Assembly: GCA_963748825.1 (NCBI GenBank)
Contig: CAVVKN010000009.1
Span: forward strand, 192,001 to 256,000
Direction of reading: 5' to 3'
Length of the DNA stretch: 64,000 nucleotides
Origin: Methanotrichaceae archaeon
Lineage (GTDB): Archaea > Halobacteriota > Methanosarcinia > Methanotrichales > Methanotrichaceae
Part shown: positions 30,563-40,577 of the stretch, piece after piece
Position numbering within the stretch: the first letter of the stretch is position 1
How the letters are laid out: every line of letters begins with the position of its first letter
Notes under the pieces: model-generated
The model's input: the letters and a program-made list of their open reading frames with translations, nothing else
Told to the model about the DNA's origin: nothing
Databases searched by the model: none
Made by a program: the position numbers and the translations under genes

Positions 30563-31663
30563 CTAAGAGAACATCTCTCTGGGAGGCTGGCGGTACTCCT
30601 TTCTGGCCTTGGGAATGGTCTCTTCCAGATGCCTTTGTGTGACGTTGCACTCCTCCATGATAGCATGGTGAAGCGCTGCCTTGAGCACCTTCTCTACCAG
30701 ATCCCGTCCTGAAAAGCCCTCGGTTTGGCGGGCAATCTCGCTCAGATTCACGTTCTCCATCGCGAGAGGTAAGGTGGCGGCATTCTTCTCCAATAGGCGC
30801 AAGCGCTCCTCAAGGCTTGGCAGTTTGAACTCGATCTCCTCCTCGAAACGGGACCGCACCGATGCATCCAGAACCTCTATCTGGTTGGTGGCCGCGATAG
30901 TGCAAACCCCAGTTCGATTGGAGATTCCATCCATCTCTGTTAGGAGAGAGTTCACGATCTCCGATACATCGCCTCTTAGATCCTGATACCTTCGGTCGAG
31001 TGCAATGGCATCCAGCTCATCGATGAATATGATGCAGGGTGCATTCTCCGCGGCTTTTTCATAAAGGCTGTGAATCTGCCGGGCCCCCTCGCCCACGAAC
31101 TCTCCGATCAGGCTGGTGGACTTTACTGCCAGCATAGGCACCCCAGTCTTGGCCGAGAGCGCTTTAGCGATCATGGTCTTTCCAGTCCCCGATACACCGT
31201 AAAATAGAATGTTGCGCGGAGCCCACCGCCCAAATTTCTCCGGATCAGCTAGGAATTTTTCTACTATCTTGACCTTGCGCTTAGCCGTCTCCTGGCCGAT
31301 GACATCATCAAAGCAGACATCGTACACTACCTTATTCTTGGGTTCAGCCTTTTGCTCTACCTTGATGGTGGTCTGTGAGCCCATCACCGAATATCTGGGG
31401 TAGACTTTGACCACCTGGAAGGCAAAGTCCGGATAAAGCCTGCTATCAAATAGGTAGCTACCAGGGAGCAGTTTCTCTCCGTACCACTGTTCTTGGGCAT
31501 AAAGCTCGAATAGCTTGGGGTCAGAGACGACAGGATGCTCCTGAAATATGCTCTTCAGGGGGTAGCCCGCCGGCCGCAAGAGCACAAATCTTGCACCGAT
31601 TGCCTTTCGCTTCTCCAGCTTCGCCCCTTGTGCCTTGCTTTGGCTCTTTTGGATAGATCGCAC
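30563..31663 (-). CDS. Archaeal AAA+ ATPase (COG1223-like)
   Basis: Walker A GVSGTGKT, Walker B FIDELD, YAQEQWYG and SRFEEEIEF; start uncertain (GTG 31663). Confidence 0.88.
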   Translation of the reverse strand: MRSIQKSQSKAQGAKLEKRKAIGARFVLLRPAGYPLKSIFQEHPVVSDPKLFELYAQEQWYGEKLLPGSYLFDSRLYPDFAFQVVKVYPRYSVMGSQTTIKVEQKAEPKNKVVYDVCFDDVIGQETAKRKVKIVEKFLADPEKFGRWAPRNILFYGVSGTGKTMIAKALSAKTGVPMLAVKSTSLIGEFVGEGARQIHSLYEKAAENAPCIIFIDELDAIALDRRYQDLRGDVSEIVNSLLTEMDGISNRTGVCTIAATNQIEVLDASVRSRFEEEIEFKLPSLEERLRLLEKNAATLPLAMENVNLSEIARQTEGFSGRDLVEKVLKAALHHAIMEECNVTQRHLEETIPKARKEYRQPPREMFS

Positions 31664-31781
31664 GGTATAAATCTTGCCGGTATTGATAGTTAAATGTATT
31701 GGCCTTTGCCCAGGGTTCCGACAGTAATTAATATTACCTCTTCCAAGCAGTAGCCAAAGAATATGCAGTAGGAGGATCTTC

Positions 31782-31877
31782 ATGGCAGGTGGAAATGGGC
31801 TGGCAATCGGTTTGATGGTTATTGGATTCGTAATACTATTCTTAGTGCCTCTCGCCTTCTTGACTAGCTTGTTCTAG
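31782..31877 (+). CDS. 31-aa single-pass membrane microprotein (not in the ORF track)
   Basis: MAGGNGLAIGLMVIGFVILFLVPLAFLTSLF*; AGGAGG SD 6 nt upstream and a T-rich terminator downstream. Confidence 0.65.
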   Translation: MAGGNGLAIGLMVIGFVILFLVPLAFLTSLF

Positions 31878-32140
31878 TCTAAAGGAGCCGAACGGCAAGT
31901 TTTTTATTTTTCATTTGCCATTATAGCTTTGTCTACCAGTTTGCAGTGGTCCGGCAGCTGATTTGCGACCGCGTTTCTTTGCTTAAATAAATAGCTAAAT
32001 ACGGGCGGCCGATATAAGCAGCAATCCTACTTTGGATCTTGGTTTCTATCTCACTTGAACCTTCTTTTCCTCATTAGCATATTGAAAAAACAATAAATCT
32101 TTATAGACATGATCCTTAACTTAAATACGGAACAAATAAG

Positions 32141-32848
32141 GTGCCGCCTGGATATATGCCATTCGAGGTAGAGTTGAGAGGAACCATCATTCTGATATCA
32201 ATGCTCATGATTATGTGTCCCTCAGCCTGCCAGGCATCTGAGGAAAATGATCTGTGGCTGCTCCTATCCAGCTATGAGGATATAGGCATCACTATGAAGG
32301 ATTTAGCATTCTTTCTTGCAACACATGGTTATGATGCACAACCGGCACCGGATCAATCCTCAGTCGTCGTCAAGCTAAAAGTCGGCAAAGAGGTCTATCT
32401 CACACCTAACGGAGCTTCGCCAAGACTTGCAGATCTGTGGATGACTCCCCCCACCACCAAGGCCGGACCGGTGCAGGTGATACCAGGCGATGCCATCCAG
32501 ATCAATGCAACTTACGCCCTAACCGACAACGCCGAATTTGTGAAGACGATCAGTAGATACGTCATGTTTCCCGTAACGCCTTTGGGAATGTGCTATGACG
32601 GTTCTCAAAAGTTGGATAGCACTTACCGCGATTTTGGATATAAGGTGATATTCCTGTATAATCCCAGCGGCTTTGACTCCCAGGGCCATATCTGGGTGGC
32701 TGTGGAGGATAAAGACCACCCCAATGCCTGGCTCGCGGTTGATAGCTATTATGGGGTTATGAAGGATCCAGAGTATTATTCTGCACCCTACAGCTTCGCT
32801 GAATTTCAATACCTTGATGCGATCAATCCCAAATGGAGGCTGGCTTAA
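32141..32848 (+). CDS. Secreted protein: DLAFFLATH-motif N-domain plus a putative Cys-His-Asp (transglutaminase/papain-like) domain
   Basis: Hydrophobic signal; GMCYDG, GHIWVAV and WLAVDS. Confidence 0.65.
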   Translation: MPPGYMPFEVELRGTIILISMLMIMCPSACQASEENDLWLLLSSYEDIGITMKDLAFFLATHGYDAQPAPDQSSVVVKLKVGKEVYLTPNGASPRLADLWMTPPTTKAGPVQVIPGDAIQINATYALTDNAEFVKTISRYVMFPVTPLGMCYDGSQKLDSTYRDFGYKVIFLYNPSGFDSQGHIWVAVEDKDHPNAWLAVDSYYGVMKDPEYYSAPYSFAEFQYLDAINPKWRLA

Positions 32849-33076
32849 TTGGCTCTTGCGAATTTAAAGGGCGCGATCATGGATAGTGTCACTCTTACCG
32901 ATGTCGATCTTACCGGTGCGAATATGAAATCAGTAGATTTAAATGATGCAGACCTGGCTTATGCAGATTTGGCGGAGTCTAATCACTCATTTGTTTCTCT
33001 CAAGGGAGCAAAGATTGCCAACCTCGACCTGACAGGAGCCAGTCTGTCTTGGGCTGATCTGAGGGGGCTTTCATGA
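32849..33076 (+). pseudogene. Pentapeptide-repeat gene fragment
   Basis: ANLKGA/ADLAYADL repeats; no convincing start; short. Confidence 0.6.
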
Positions 33077-33166
33077 GTGAAACTCTTCATTCGCAGCTAA
33101 ACAGCTCGCGAGTATCACCAGAAACTTGAAATGTCATTAGAAGAGGGATACTAACATAGGAGATCT

Positions 33167-34345
33167 ATGAAAACTGAATCTTTGATGCCGCTTGCATTTG
33201 GCACATTGATGCTCGGCATATTGATGGCGGCATGCTGCATCGCCGCGGCACAGCCGCAGGATCTCAGAAGCAAGATGGCAGATCGTGCCGACCTGGCAGA
33301 TATGGACCTGAGCAATATGAATCTGAGCGGCGTGCACCTCAACCAATCGAACCTATCTGGCTCAAATCTCTCCGGTTCCAATCTTAGTGGCGCTTTTATG
33401 CGCTCCGCATGGCTTTTAAATTCCCAGCTTCAAAGAACAGAGATGGTAAAGACTGATTTAACAGGAGCTGTTCTTAGTGGTGCGGACCTGAGCGGATCGG
33501 ATCTTTCCCAGGCCATCTTAGCCGATTCTCAAATGCCCAATGCTAATCTCAATAATGCCGTCTTAGAGAAGACAGATCTTACCGAAGCCGATCTTTCCGA
33601 TGCCAATCTTTCCGATGCCGATTTAACCGATGCCAGGCTCTTTCGAACTGACCTCACCGGCGCTAATCTCAAGGGGATTTACCTGATAGGCGCAAATCTG
33701 ATTGGAGCTCACGTGAGCTGGGCGGACCTCAGCGAAAGTTATCTTTCGAGAGGCCAATTTTCCCGGGCTGAGCTATACAATACCAACCTGCATGGCGCTG
33801 ACCTGAGTGGAGCTGATTTTACCAGAGCATATCTCATGGGCGCAAACTTAACCGGGGCCAACCTAAAATCGACCAGCCTCTCTTATGCTGATTTAACAGA
33901 GGCAAGGCTCATGGGGGCGAGCCTGAATTCCGCGAAGATGTCCTATGCCGACCTGACCCATGCTAACCTCACAGGAGCTGATCTTTCTGATGCAGACATG
34001 AACTCGGCAAGACTTGCCGGGGCCGTCCTTCGCAAGGTATTGCTTGATCGTGTCAGGCTATCCGAGATGGATCTGAGGGGCGTAGATTTAACAGACTCTT
34101 CGCTCAGGGGATCGAGCCTGATTCTGGTGTATCTGGCCAAGGCCAAAATGAACAGGGTTGATTTGAGGGATGCAACCTTGGACAGGGTGGAGATGACGGG
34201 AGCTGATCTTACCGGTGCCAACCTGGAGCGCATTAAGTATGACCAGTTCACCCTTTATTCGCTTTCCGATGCCAAGCTGGATGGGGCTAAGATGTCAGAC
34301 AACCTGAAAGCGGATTTGAGGCAAATCAAGGAAGACATGAAATAA
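33167..34345 (+). CDS. Secreted pentapeptide-repeat protein
   Basis: Signal peptide followed by continuous A(D/N)LxG repeats. Confidence 0.92.
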   Translation: MKTESLMPLAFGTLMLGILMAACCIAAAQPQDLRSKMADRADLADMDLSNMNLSGVHLNQSNLSGSNLSGSNLSGAFMRSAWLLNSQLQRTEMVKTDLTGAVLSGADLSGSDLSQAILADSQMPNANLNNAVLEKTDLTEADLSDANLSDADLTDARLFRTDLTGANLKGIYLIGANLIGAHVSWADLSESYLSRGQFSRAELYNTNLHGADLSGADFTRAYLMGANLTGANLKSTSLSYADLTEARLMGASLNSAKMSYADLTHANLTGADLSDADMNSARLAGAVLRKVLLDRVRLSEMDLRGVDLTDSSLRGSSLILVYLAKAKMNRVDLRDATLDRVEMTGADLTGANLERIKYDQFTLYSLSDAKLDGAKMSDNLKADLRQIKEDMK

Positions 34346-34399
34346 AATTAGCCTGCCTCTTGATCCTTTTTTATGCGGGGCTCTTGCTACACAGGTATC

Positions 34400-34810
34400 G
34401 ATAATTCCTTTGGGACCCGGCCAAAGAATCCAAAAAGGCAATTGATGCTGCATCACCAGGTGACATCATTGGGATACTGCCCTGAACCTACAATGAGAGC
34501 ATCAATATTACCAAGAGCCTGATCTTGCGGGGCATTTCAGGGAAAGACAGGCCGATCCTGTTTGCCCCCGATAGAGGCAATAGCGTTCGAATTTTCGCAA
34601 ACAGCACACGTTTAGAGGGCTTGAGTCTGACCGGTGCCAAAGACAGGTTCATGGCAGCAGTCCAGATGCAGTTTCAAGATAATATTATCGCAAACAATAC
34701 AATGCAAGGTAACGCAGTCGGCATTTTTATGTCTTCTTGAAATATGACGGTATCCGCGACCTGCATCATAAACACATGCACTGATATCGATGAAAATCCT
34801 CTGATGGAGC
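34400..34810 (+). pseudogene. Decayed NosD/right-handed beta-helix protein
   Basis: IDAASPGDIIGILP*TYNESINITKSLILRG...GNAVGIFMSS*; in-frame TGA at 34483 and 34738 plus an upstream frameshift. Confidence 0.7.
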
Positions 34811-34914
34811 TACCAGCTGAATACGAGATAATCTGAGACATTAGTATATTCTGGAAAGGAGGGGTTAACTTTAATATCTCGGCAGTGGCTTTTGAGTGCG
34901 GAGGTATTTGGAGA

Positions 34915-35613
34915 ATGGGATTTAAATGTGTGGTAATAGCGTTGGCCTTTGTGGCATGTCTTTGCATGACTGCCTTCGCTCTGGGTCCAAAGGACGCGGT
35001 CGTTGAGCCGGAGTTTCCAGGAGAGGACATGTCCGGCAGCCAAATTTACCAGGAAGTTCGCGAGGGCGTCTATGAGGACCAGAAAGATGCGGCTCTGTCT
35101 TTTCAAAACGAGAGCCTATTTATCATAAGAAAGGATACTGGTATGAGCCCCCACGTTCCGGGCAAAGATGTAAGGACACCAGTTGTCGTCATCAGAGGAT
35201 TAGGTGTAGCTCCGGCAGCAGGAAGCTGGGCCTTTACCCTGAACGACGTTGATAAAAGCTACCTCAAGATAGACCTTTATCAGACCGCTGATGCTGTGTT
35301 TGGATCTGGAGAGCTGGCACATAATGGGGTCGTCACTGCCGTCACCGCAGGAGGCAGCGTATTGGGCGATCGGTTGGCACTGTTTGTGATCCCGGCCGGC
35401 AGTCAGAACATGTATCGCTTCAGCCTTACAATTAAGCCGGGCTCCATGAATGGAGAGTACATCTTCACAGCACCTGGAATAACCCAGCCGGGTGTGGCCT
35501 TTGGCAGCCTGTTGTCACTGCAAGGCTCTGTAGCTCCTGCCACGCAAACTGCTCAGGCTCAGCAGGTCACTCAAACCCTGCCTGTAACTGCAACTGCGCC
35601 TGTAAATGCATAA
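34915..35613 (+). CDS. Hypothetical secreted protein
   Basis: Signal peptide, beta-rich body and T/A/Q-rich tail; followed by a hairpin and T-tract. Confidence 0.7.
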   Translation: MGFKCVVIALAFVACLCMTAFALGPKDAVVEPEFPGEDMSGSQIYQEVREGVYEDQKDAALSFQNESLFIIRKDTGMSPHVPGKDVRTPVVVIRGLGVAPAAGSWAFTLNDVDKSYLKIDLYQTADAVFGSGELAHNGVVTAVTAGGSVLGDRLALFVIPAGSQNMYRFSLTIKPGSMNGEYIFTAPGITQPGVAFGSLLSLQGSVAPATQTAQAQQVTQTLPVTATAPVNA

Positions 35614-35614
35614 G

Positions 35615-35650
35615 ATCCGGGCAATTGTCCGGATTGCATTTTTATTTTTT
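35615..35650 (+). terminator. Hairpin plus T-tract terminator
   Basis: atccgggcaattgtccggat followed by tttttatttttt. Confidence 0.55.
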
Positions 35651-35731
35651 AAAGGATACGATTATTAACATCTACGCGCGTGTTTAGCTGCCTAGGCAAG
35701 TTAGAATAAAAAAATACATGTGCACTAATCT

Positions 35732-36052
35732 GTGAGTCTTTTAGATAATGGAACTTCAATAGAAGCCGCTTTTGCTATGGCCGACGGCAAGTACGATGAA
35801 GCCATCAAGGCTTACGATGAGGATATCAGGCTCGAACCCAGTTATGCCGGGGCCAGGTACAACAAGGGACTTGCTCTCAAGGACAAAGGCAACTACACTG
35901 AGGCCCTCAAATGCTTCGATGAGGCCTTCGAGTTAGATTCCAAAGATGCCATGGCCTATTATGCAAAAGGTGCCGTTCTTAAATTACTTGGGAGGACCAC
36001 CGAAGCCAATGTTGCCTTCGCCAAAGCTAAAGCGCTGGAGAATAAGGGCTAA
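35732..36052 (+). CDS. Short TPR protein (possibly 5'-truncated)
   Basis: YDEAIKAYDE, ARYNKGLAL, EALKCFDEA and AYYAKG TPR units. Confidence 0.78.
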   Translation: MSLLDNGTSIEAAFAMADGKYDEAIKAYDEDIRLEPSYAGARYNKGLALKDKGNYTEALKCFDEAFELDSKDAMAYYAKGAVLKLLGRTTEANVAFAKAKALENKG

Positions 36053-36451
36053 TTCCAGGTCCAATCAGTATGTGTAACCTGTAATCCCTCCCCCATAGTT
36101 GCGCGGTGGATTGCAGATTTTCTATTTGCTCTTAATGATCTCGATTATCGCTATCTTTAGATTGTAAACCTATTTTTATCATGACTATGAGGATGATTGG
36201 TCAGGCAGAAGTGGCAGCTGGCGTGTCCAAGGGCCTGGAGCATGAGCCAGATCGGCTTTAAGCCATAGGACTTCGCAGTAGTATCGTTTGGTCCGTCTCC
36301 AGTGGCTCCAGGCTCGCCTTCTGCTCGTCAACCAGGCAGATTAAGGATGCGGCTGTATCCGCCAATTCGAATTTGACCCCTCACGCCAATCCGATTTTGA
36401 TCCACTCTTAAGCGGCTAATCATTCTCATCATGTATAAAGTTCACGTCTCG

Positions 36452-37159
36452 CTACCTTCTTCTGAAGCTCTTTCCGTTCATGTTCAATATCAATGCGTGA
36501 TGGGTAATCCTATCGAGAATTGCAGCCGTTAGAGTCCGATCATGAAATACCTTCACCCAATCGGAAAATGACAGGTTCGATGTGATGATAGTACTCATAG
36601 TCTCGTATCGCGTGGCAAGCAACTGAAAGAGCAACTCAGCTGCTGTGAGATCAAAAGTAACATAACCAAGCTCATCGATTATTAGGAGATCAATTTTTCT
36701 AAACTGCTTAATATAAACAGAGAGCCGATTTTCGTTTCTTGCTTCAACCATCTCATTGATCAAACCGGCTGCCGTGCGAAATGCAACTCGATAATTTTCC
36801 TCACAAGCCCGGATTCCTACAGCGATTGCCAAATGAGTCTTGCCTGTTCCAGAATTGCCAATGAGAATGATATTTCTACGCTCCTTGAGGAATTCGAGTG
36901 CTTTCAAAGCAGGGATCGCCTCTCTCCCATCTTGCGGCAGATCATCCAGTATCAGATCCTCAAACCTCTTCTTTGTGGGAAATCCCGCGAGCCTGAGCGA
37001 TCTCATCTGGCGATTCACTCTCCTTTTATCAAGTTCTGCCTGAAGTGCAGACATTAGGAATTCCTGCAGGTCATCATTATCCGGCGAATATTCTTGCACA
37101 TAGCTGTAGACTCCGCTCAGCCTCAATTGCTTGCATAGGTCTTCAAGTGTCAAGTCCAC
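36452..37159 (-). CDS. istB: IS21 helper ATPase
   Basis: GNSGTGKTHLA, LIIDELGY, AILDRITH and GKSFR. Confidence 0.95.
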   Translation of the reverse strand: MDLTLEDLCKQLRLSGVYSYVQEYSPDNDDLQEFLMSALQAELDKRRVNRQMRSLRLAGFPTKKRFEDLILDDLPQDGREAIPALKALEFLKERRNIILIGNSGTGKTHLAIAVGIRACEENYRVAFRTAAGLINEMVEARNENRLSVYIKQFRKIDLLIIDELGYVTFDLTAAELLFQLLATRYETMSTIITSNLSFSDWVKVFHDRTLTAAILDRITHHALILNMNGKSFRRR

Positions 37160-37162
37160 AGC

Positions 37163-38502
37163 TCACCCCTCCATAAAGTGATCAAAAACAGCAAGATCTG
37201 GCTCCGATACTTCAAAACCTCCGTTGAAAGCAAAAGGCTCAACCATCGGGACATCCGTCTGATGAAGGAAGAAACGGATGCTGTCGCACGTTGGATGGAT
37301 ATTCTGCTTGTTTAGGATGGCAAGAGTCAAGGAGAATGCCTCAGGCGATGTCTCTCTCATCAGATCAAGAATCGGCAGAAATTTTTTAGGATCATCTCGA
37401 TAATAATAGTTGAACATGTTTTGTATGAGTTCATCTGCCTGAGCCAAGACCTTGGAATTTGCAAGTGCGCCGGGTTTGCGATGAAATGTCTTGATGTAAT
37501 GAGTGATATCCAGAGAGTACTTCTGCTTCTCGGTTATCCGTCGATGGGACGCGATGACCGCATTTCCATCAAGAAATTCGATCCGGTCAACGAGTATCTT
37601 CAAAGTAATATATCTTGGACGATATGTATCTGGGATCGAGTAGTAATTCCCGTCATATTTTACCAGCGAATATCGGGATATGGTGGCACGTTTCAGTTCA
37701 TAGTTCTCATAATCCAGTGTTGGCAATGGATGCATCGAGGCTCGCTCTCTTCGTCTGTACCCTTCTCGTTAGGCGAAGCGGGATTGCAGACGCAGGGGTG
37801 AAAACCAAAGTGCATGGATAGCTCTAGAAACTTATCATTGAACTGCCCTTTTTGAGAATCATATACTGTAGCCATTCGGTCATAGAAAATAGATTCTGGA
37901 ACTGAGCCGATCTCATGGAAAAAATCAATGTGAGCCTGAACAACTTCCAGATGTGTCGATCTATGATAAAGGCGAGCAAATCGATAGAGCGAAAAGGGCA
38001 GAACGAAGACTGCGAGATTAAGTTTCTGCCACGTTCCACCAATGCTGAGCGTAACCTCGCCCCAGTCGAATTCAGCACGCTGACCAACACGAGGCTCCTG
38101 CAATATGAATACCTCTCGTGGTGCATTCGTGCGTTTCCAGCGAGCGACTTCATTTTTAATGCTGGAATAGCTGATTTTATGGCCCTCTTCTATGAGAAGT
38201 TCCCAAATTCGTTTGGCAGTGATACGTTGCTTCTTGGGGCGGCTTAAATTTGATTCGAGATGCTCATGAATCTTCTGCCGAATAGGCTCTGTGAGGACTC
38301 GCGACGGCTGAATGATTCCTCGGTTTTTGGGAAGGATCTCCTCGGCCAGGCCATCTTGTACTTCTTTGACCTTAAGCACGTACTTCTTTACAGTATTTCT
38401 GGAGATCTTGAGTTCGCGGGCTACTCGTCTGTAGGATTTATAGAGATCGTAGAGATCGACGATTCTGCTTATATCTGCCATCAATTTCACCCTAATGCCC
38501 AC
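37163..38502 (-). pseudogene. istA: IS21 transposase with an internal deletion/frameshift at ~37740
   Basis: HTH ISRNTVKKY, AEFDWG, YDRM and NEKG, then an abrupt frame jump to the C-terminal part. Confidence 0.88.
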
Positions 38503-38852
38503 CTCTCGAAATACTTGGAGAGGGAAGGCTTTCCTTCTTAGGGTGGATCAAAAAGGAATTGGCGTTCCCTTAAATAGACGGGTCAAAATTGGATTGGCGA
38601 AAACAATCGCCTTCATGGTTTATAGTCCTAGCAGATATTCGTTCTCCTAATCACAGAAACAACGAACCCCCTTCGATAAGATGATTGCCCAAATCAATAC
38701 TGAGTGTGTTAAGGTTGATTAATTTGAGTTGGCAGCTAGAAACGAGAGGCTAAAAAATAATATTTATATTATAACTAGTATCTAACTAGCAATATCCACG
38801 ACTTTATCTTCTGATACCTTCGCGTTTAGTTGGTTGTGCGGTCCTTCTTGTT

Positions 38853-39179
38853 TTATTTTATCGTTTTCTTGGTGCTTCGCTTGACCACGACTACCTTTAG
38901 TGTATCCGCCCCGAGCTTCTCTATACCGACTTTCTTGACTATTGGCTTCCAGATCTTATCCGGCATCCATGCTGGTGCTCCCTTAGGTTTCTTTACCTGT
39001 TTTCGCTCACCCGTGAATACGTGAACTTTCTTAGTTCCACGCTCTCTCAGCCTGATGTCAGTGATACCACGATTTGCAGCCTTTAAAGCTGCCTGTCTCG
39101 GCTGCTTTCCAGTAAAGACTCCATTCTCGTTGCCATCCTTATCTCGCAAGGCAAAGTTTCTCATCTCTTTCTCAGCCAA
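38853..39179 (-). CDS. Non-histone chromosomal protein MC1
   Basis: RNFALRD, GVFTGKQPRQAALKAANRG, IRLRERGTKKVHVF and PAWMP. Confidence 0.95.
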   Translation of the reverse strand: MAEKEMRNFALRDKDGNENGVFTGKQPRQAALKAANRGITDIRLRERGTKKVHVFTGERKQVKKPKGAPAWMPDKIWKPIVKKVGIEKLGADTLKVVVVKRSTKKTIK

Positions 39180-39378
39180 ATTATTCCTCCTACACCAAAG
39201 ATCGATACGCTCTGATGTAACTGCTTGTATTAATTATTATCCATGAGGTAATACTCACACTATCGGATCGGGACTTAGAGAACGGATCGGGTGCGTTGTC
39301 CTGTGAAATCCATTGTATGAAAGTAGGGGATAAAATTTCAGTATAGGAATCCAACTAATAGGTATCTGGTGAGCAATT

Positions 39379-39642
39379 TCATTTTTTCATTAGAAAACTT
39401 CGTCCAAGATCTGTGAGCTGGATTTGATTTAAACCATTTTTGAGAGTTAAATGCCCTTCCTTACGAGAGCCTGATTGGGTATTTATGTAGCCGAATTCTT
39501 TTAAACGGGTAAAACGATCTAACAATACTTTTTTCTCAAGCCTTAAAGCTCTCTTGACATTTACTGAAAAAACCCATCCTGTTAGAGATCTATCGTAAAT
39601 CGCTTTAAGAATTTTTTCATCTATTTCATCTATTATATCCAT
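39379..39642 (-). CDS. Small winged-helix-like hypothetical protein
   Basis: IDEIDEKILKAIY...LKEFGYI...IQLTDLGRSF. Confidence 0.6.
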   Translation of the reverse strand: MDIIDEIDEKILKAIYDRSLTGWVFSVNVKRALRLEKKVLLDRFTRLKEFGYINTQSGSRKEGHLTLKNGLNQIQLTDLGRSFLMKK

Positions 39643-40137
39643 CAGTCGCAGCCCCCCAAACAGCCAACAAAACATTCGATTACAATAATGAGGCTGCAAA
39701 GATTTATAATTATTGTTATAACGGCAGCAGCGCGTCCACGCAGCAATTTACTGTATCCCGCATAAAAACCATCCCGTAAAGGGCGATTTTTTTAAGATAG
39801 TTTCCTCGCAATAGTTCATCCTCTACCATACCATGCCCTTTTATTCCTTGATCCCCCGCTCATTCAAGATCCGGGAATAAGGGGCCTGGGAAATATTTGA
39901 GTGGAAATTGGTCCGGGCAATTAAAGAACGCATGGCAGCAGGACGGGACTTGAAAAAGCAAAAAGCGAAAGGAAAAAGCGACCCGCACTTTTGATATGCG
40001 GATATTTGACCGACAGGTATATAGTCTGATGTGCCCCTGGTGAAGAGGCTTCATTTGCATTGATTCAAAAAAATTGTTGAGATGTTTTTGCGAGCACCAA
40101 TCGATTCTTGAAATCGATAAAAGGATACATAGGATAA

Positions 40138-40335
40138 ATGAGATTTGGAAATGGCAGAGACGGCTTGAATATTGATCCAAGAGAGACGACCGACGTGACA
40201 TGTTCCTATTTGGGACTTGATACCGGGGCACCTTTCCTAGAAAACGGATCCAAGCCTGCATATTCCCAGGAATGCTTGCCAAAAGCACAGGCGAACGGCC
40301 TGCTAAGCAATCAAGGCGATATTAAAAGGATTTGA
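40138..40335 (+). CDS. Degenerate CxxC-x17-CxxC zinc-ribbon small protein
   Basis: PRETTDVTCSYLG...PF...KPAYSQECLPK matches the family pattern with 2 of 4 Cys lost. Confidence 0.6.
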   Translation: MRFGNGRDGLNIDPRETTDVTCSYLGLDTGAPFLENGSKPAYSQECLPKAQANGLLSNQGDIKRI

Positions 40336-40577
40336 TTATAATATTATTTTCATTTCGTTTTAACAAAGTAGCATTCTTCCCCAAGTGCCTCTGCAGCCGG
40401 TTGAAGTATCTATCCACATTAAGAGACAACAGATACGACTCAACCAGTTTTTCAGATGTGAGAAGTATCCGAGCGGGACCTATTGCAAAAGAGATACCTG
40501 AATATGTCTTTTCGGATCCGCATCAAAGGACTTCAACCAAATCAAAGATCAACACTTAAAATTATCTAGAGGCAAGA

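Larger units (their letters stand above)
36354..38605 (-). mobile_element. IS21-family insertion sequence (defective)
   Basis: TGT...ACA ends with imperfect IRs (tgtatccgccaattcgaatttgaccc / gggtcaaaattggattggcgaaaaca), internal repeated boxes, istA and istB. Confidence 0.92.

Noticed and set aside
34483-34740. Selenocysteine/recoding at two in-frame TGA codons
   Set aside because: The first sits where Gly is expected (PGTY) and the gene also has a frameshift; this is ordinary decay
39860-40559. ORFs 39860..40288 (-) and 40332..40559 (+)
   Set aside because: No motifs and atypical composition; the first overlaps the better-supported CxxC-like ORF
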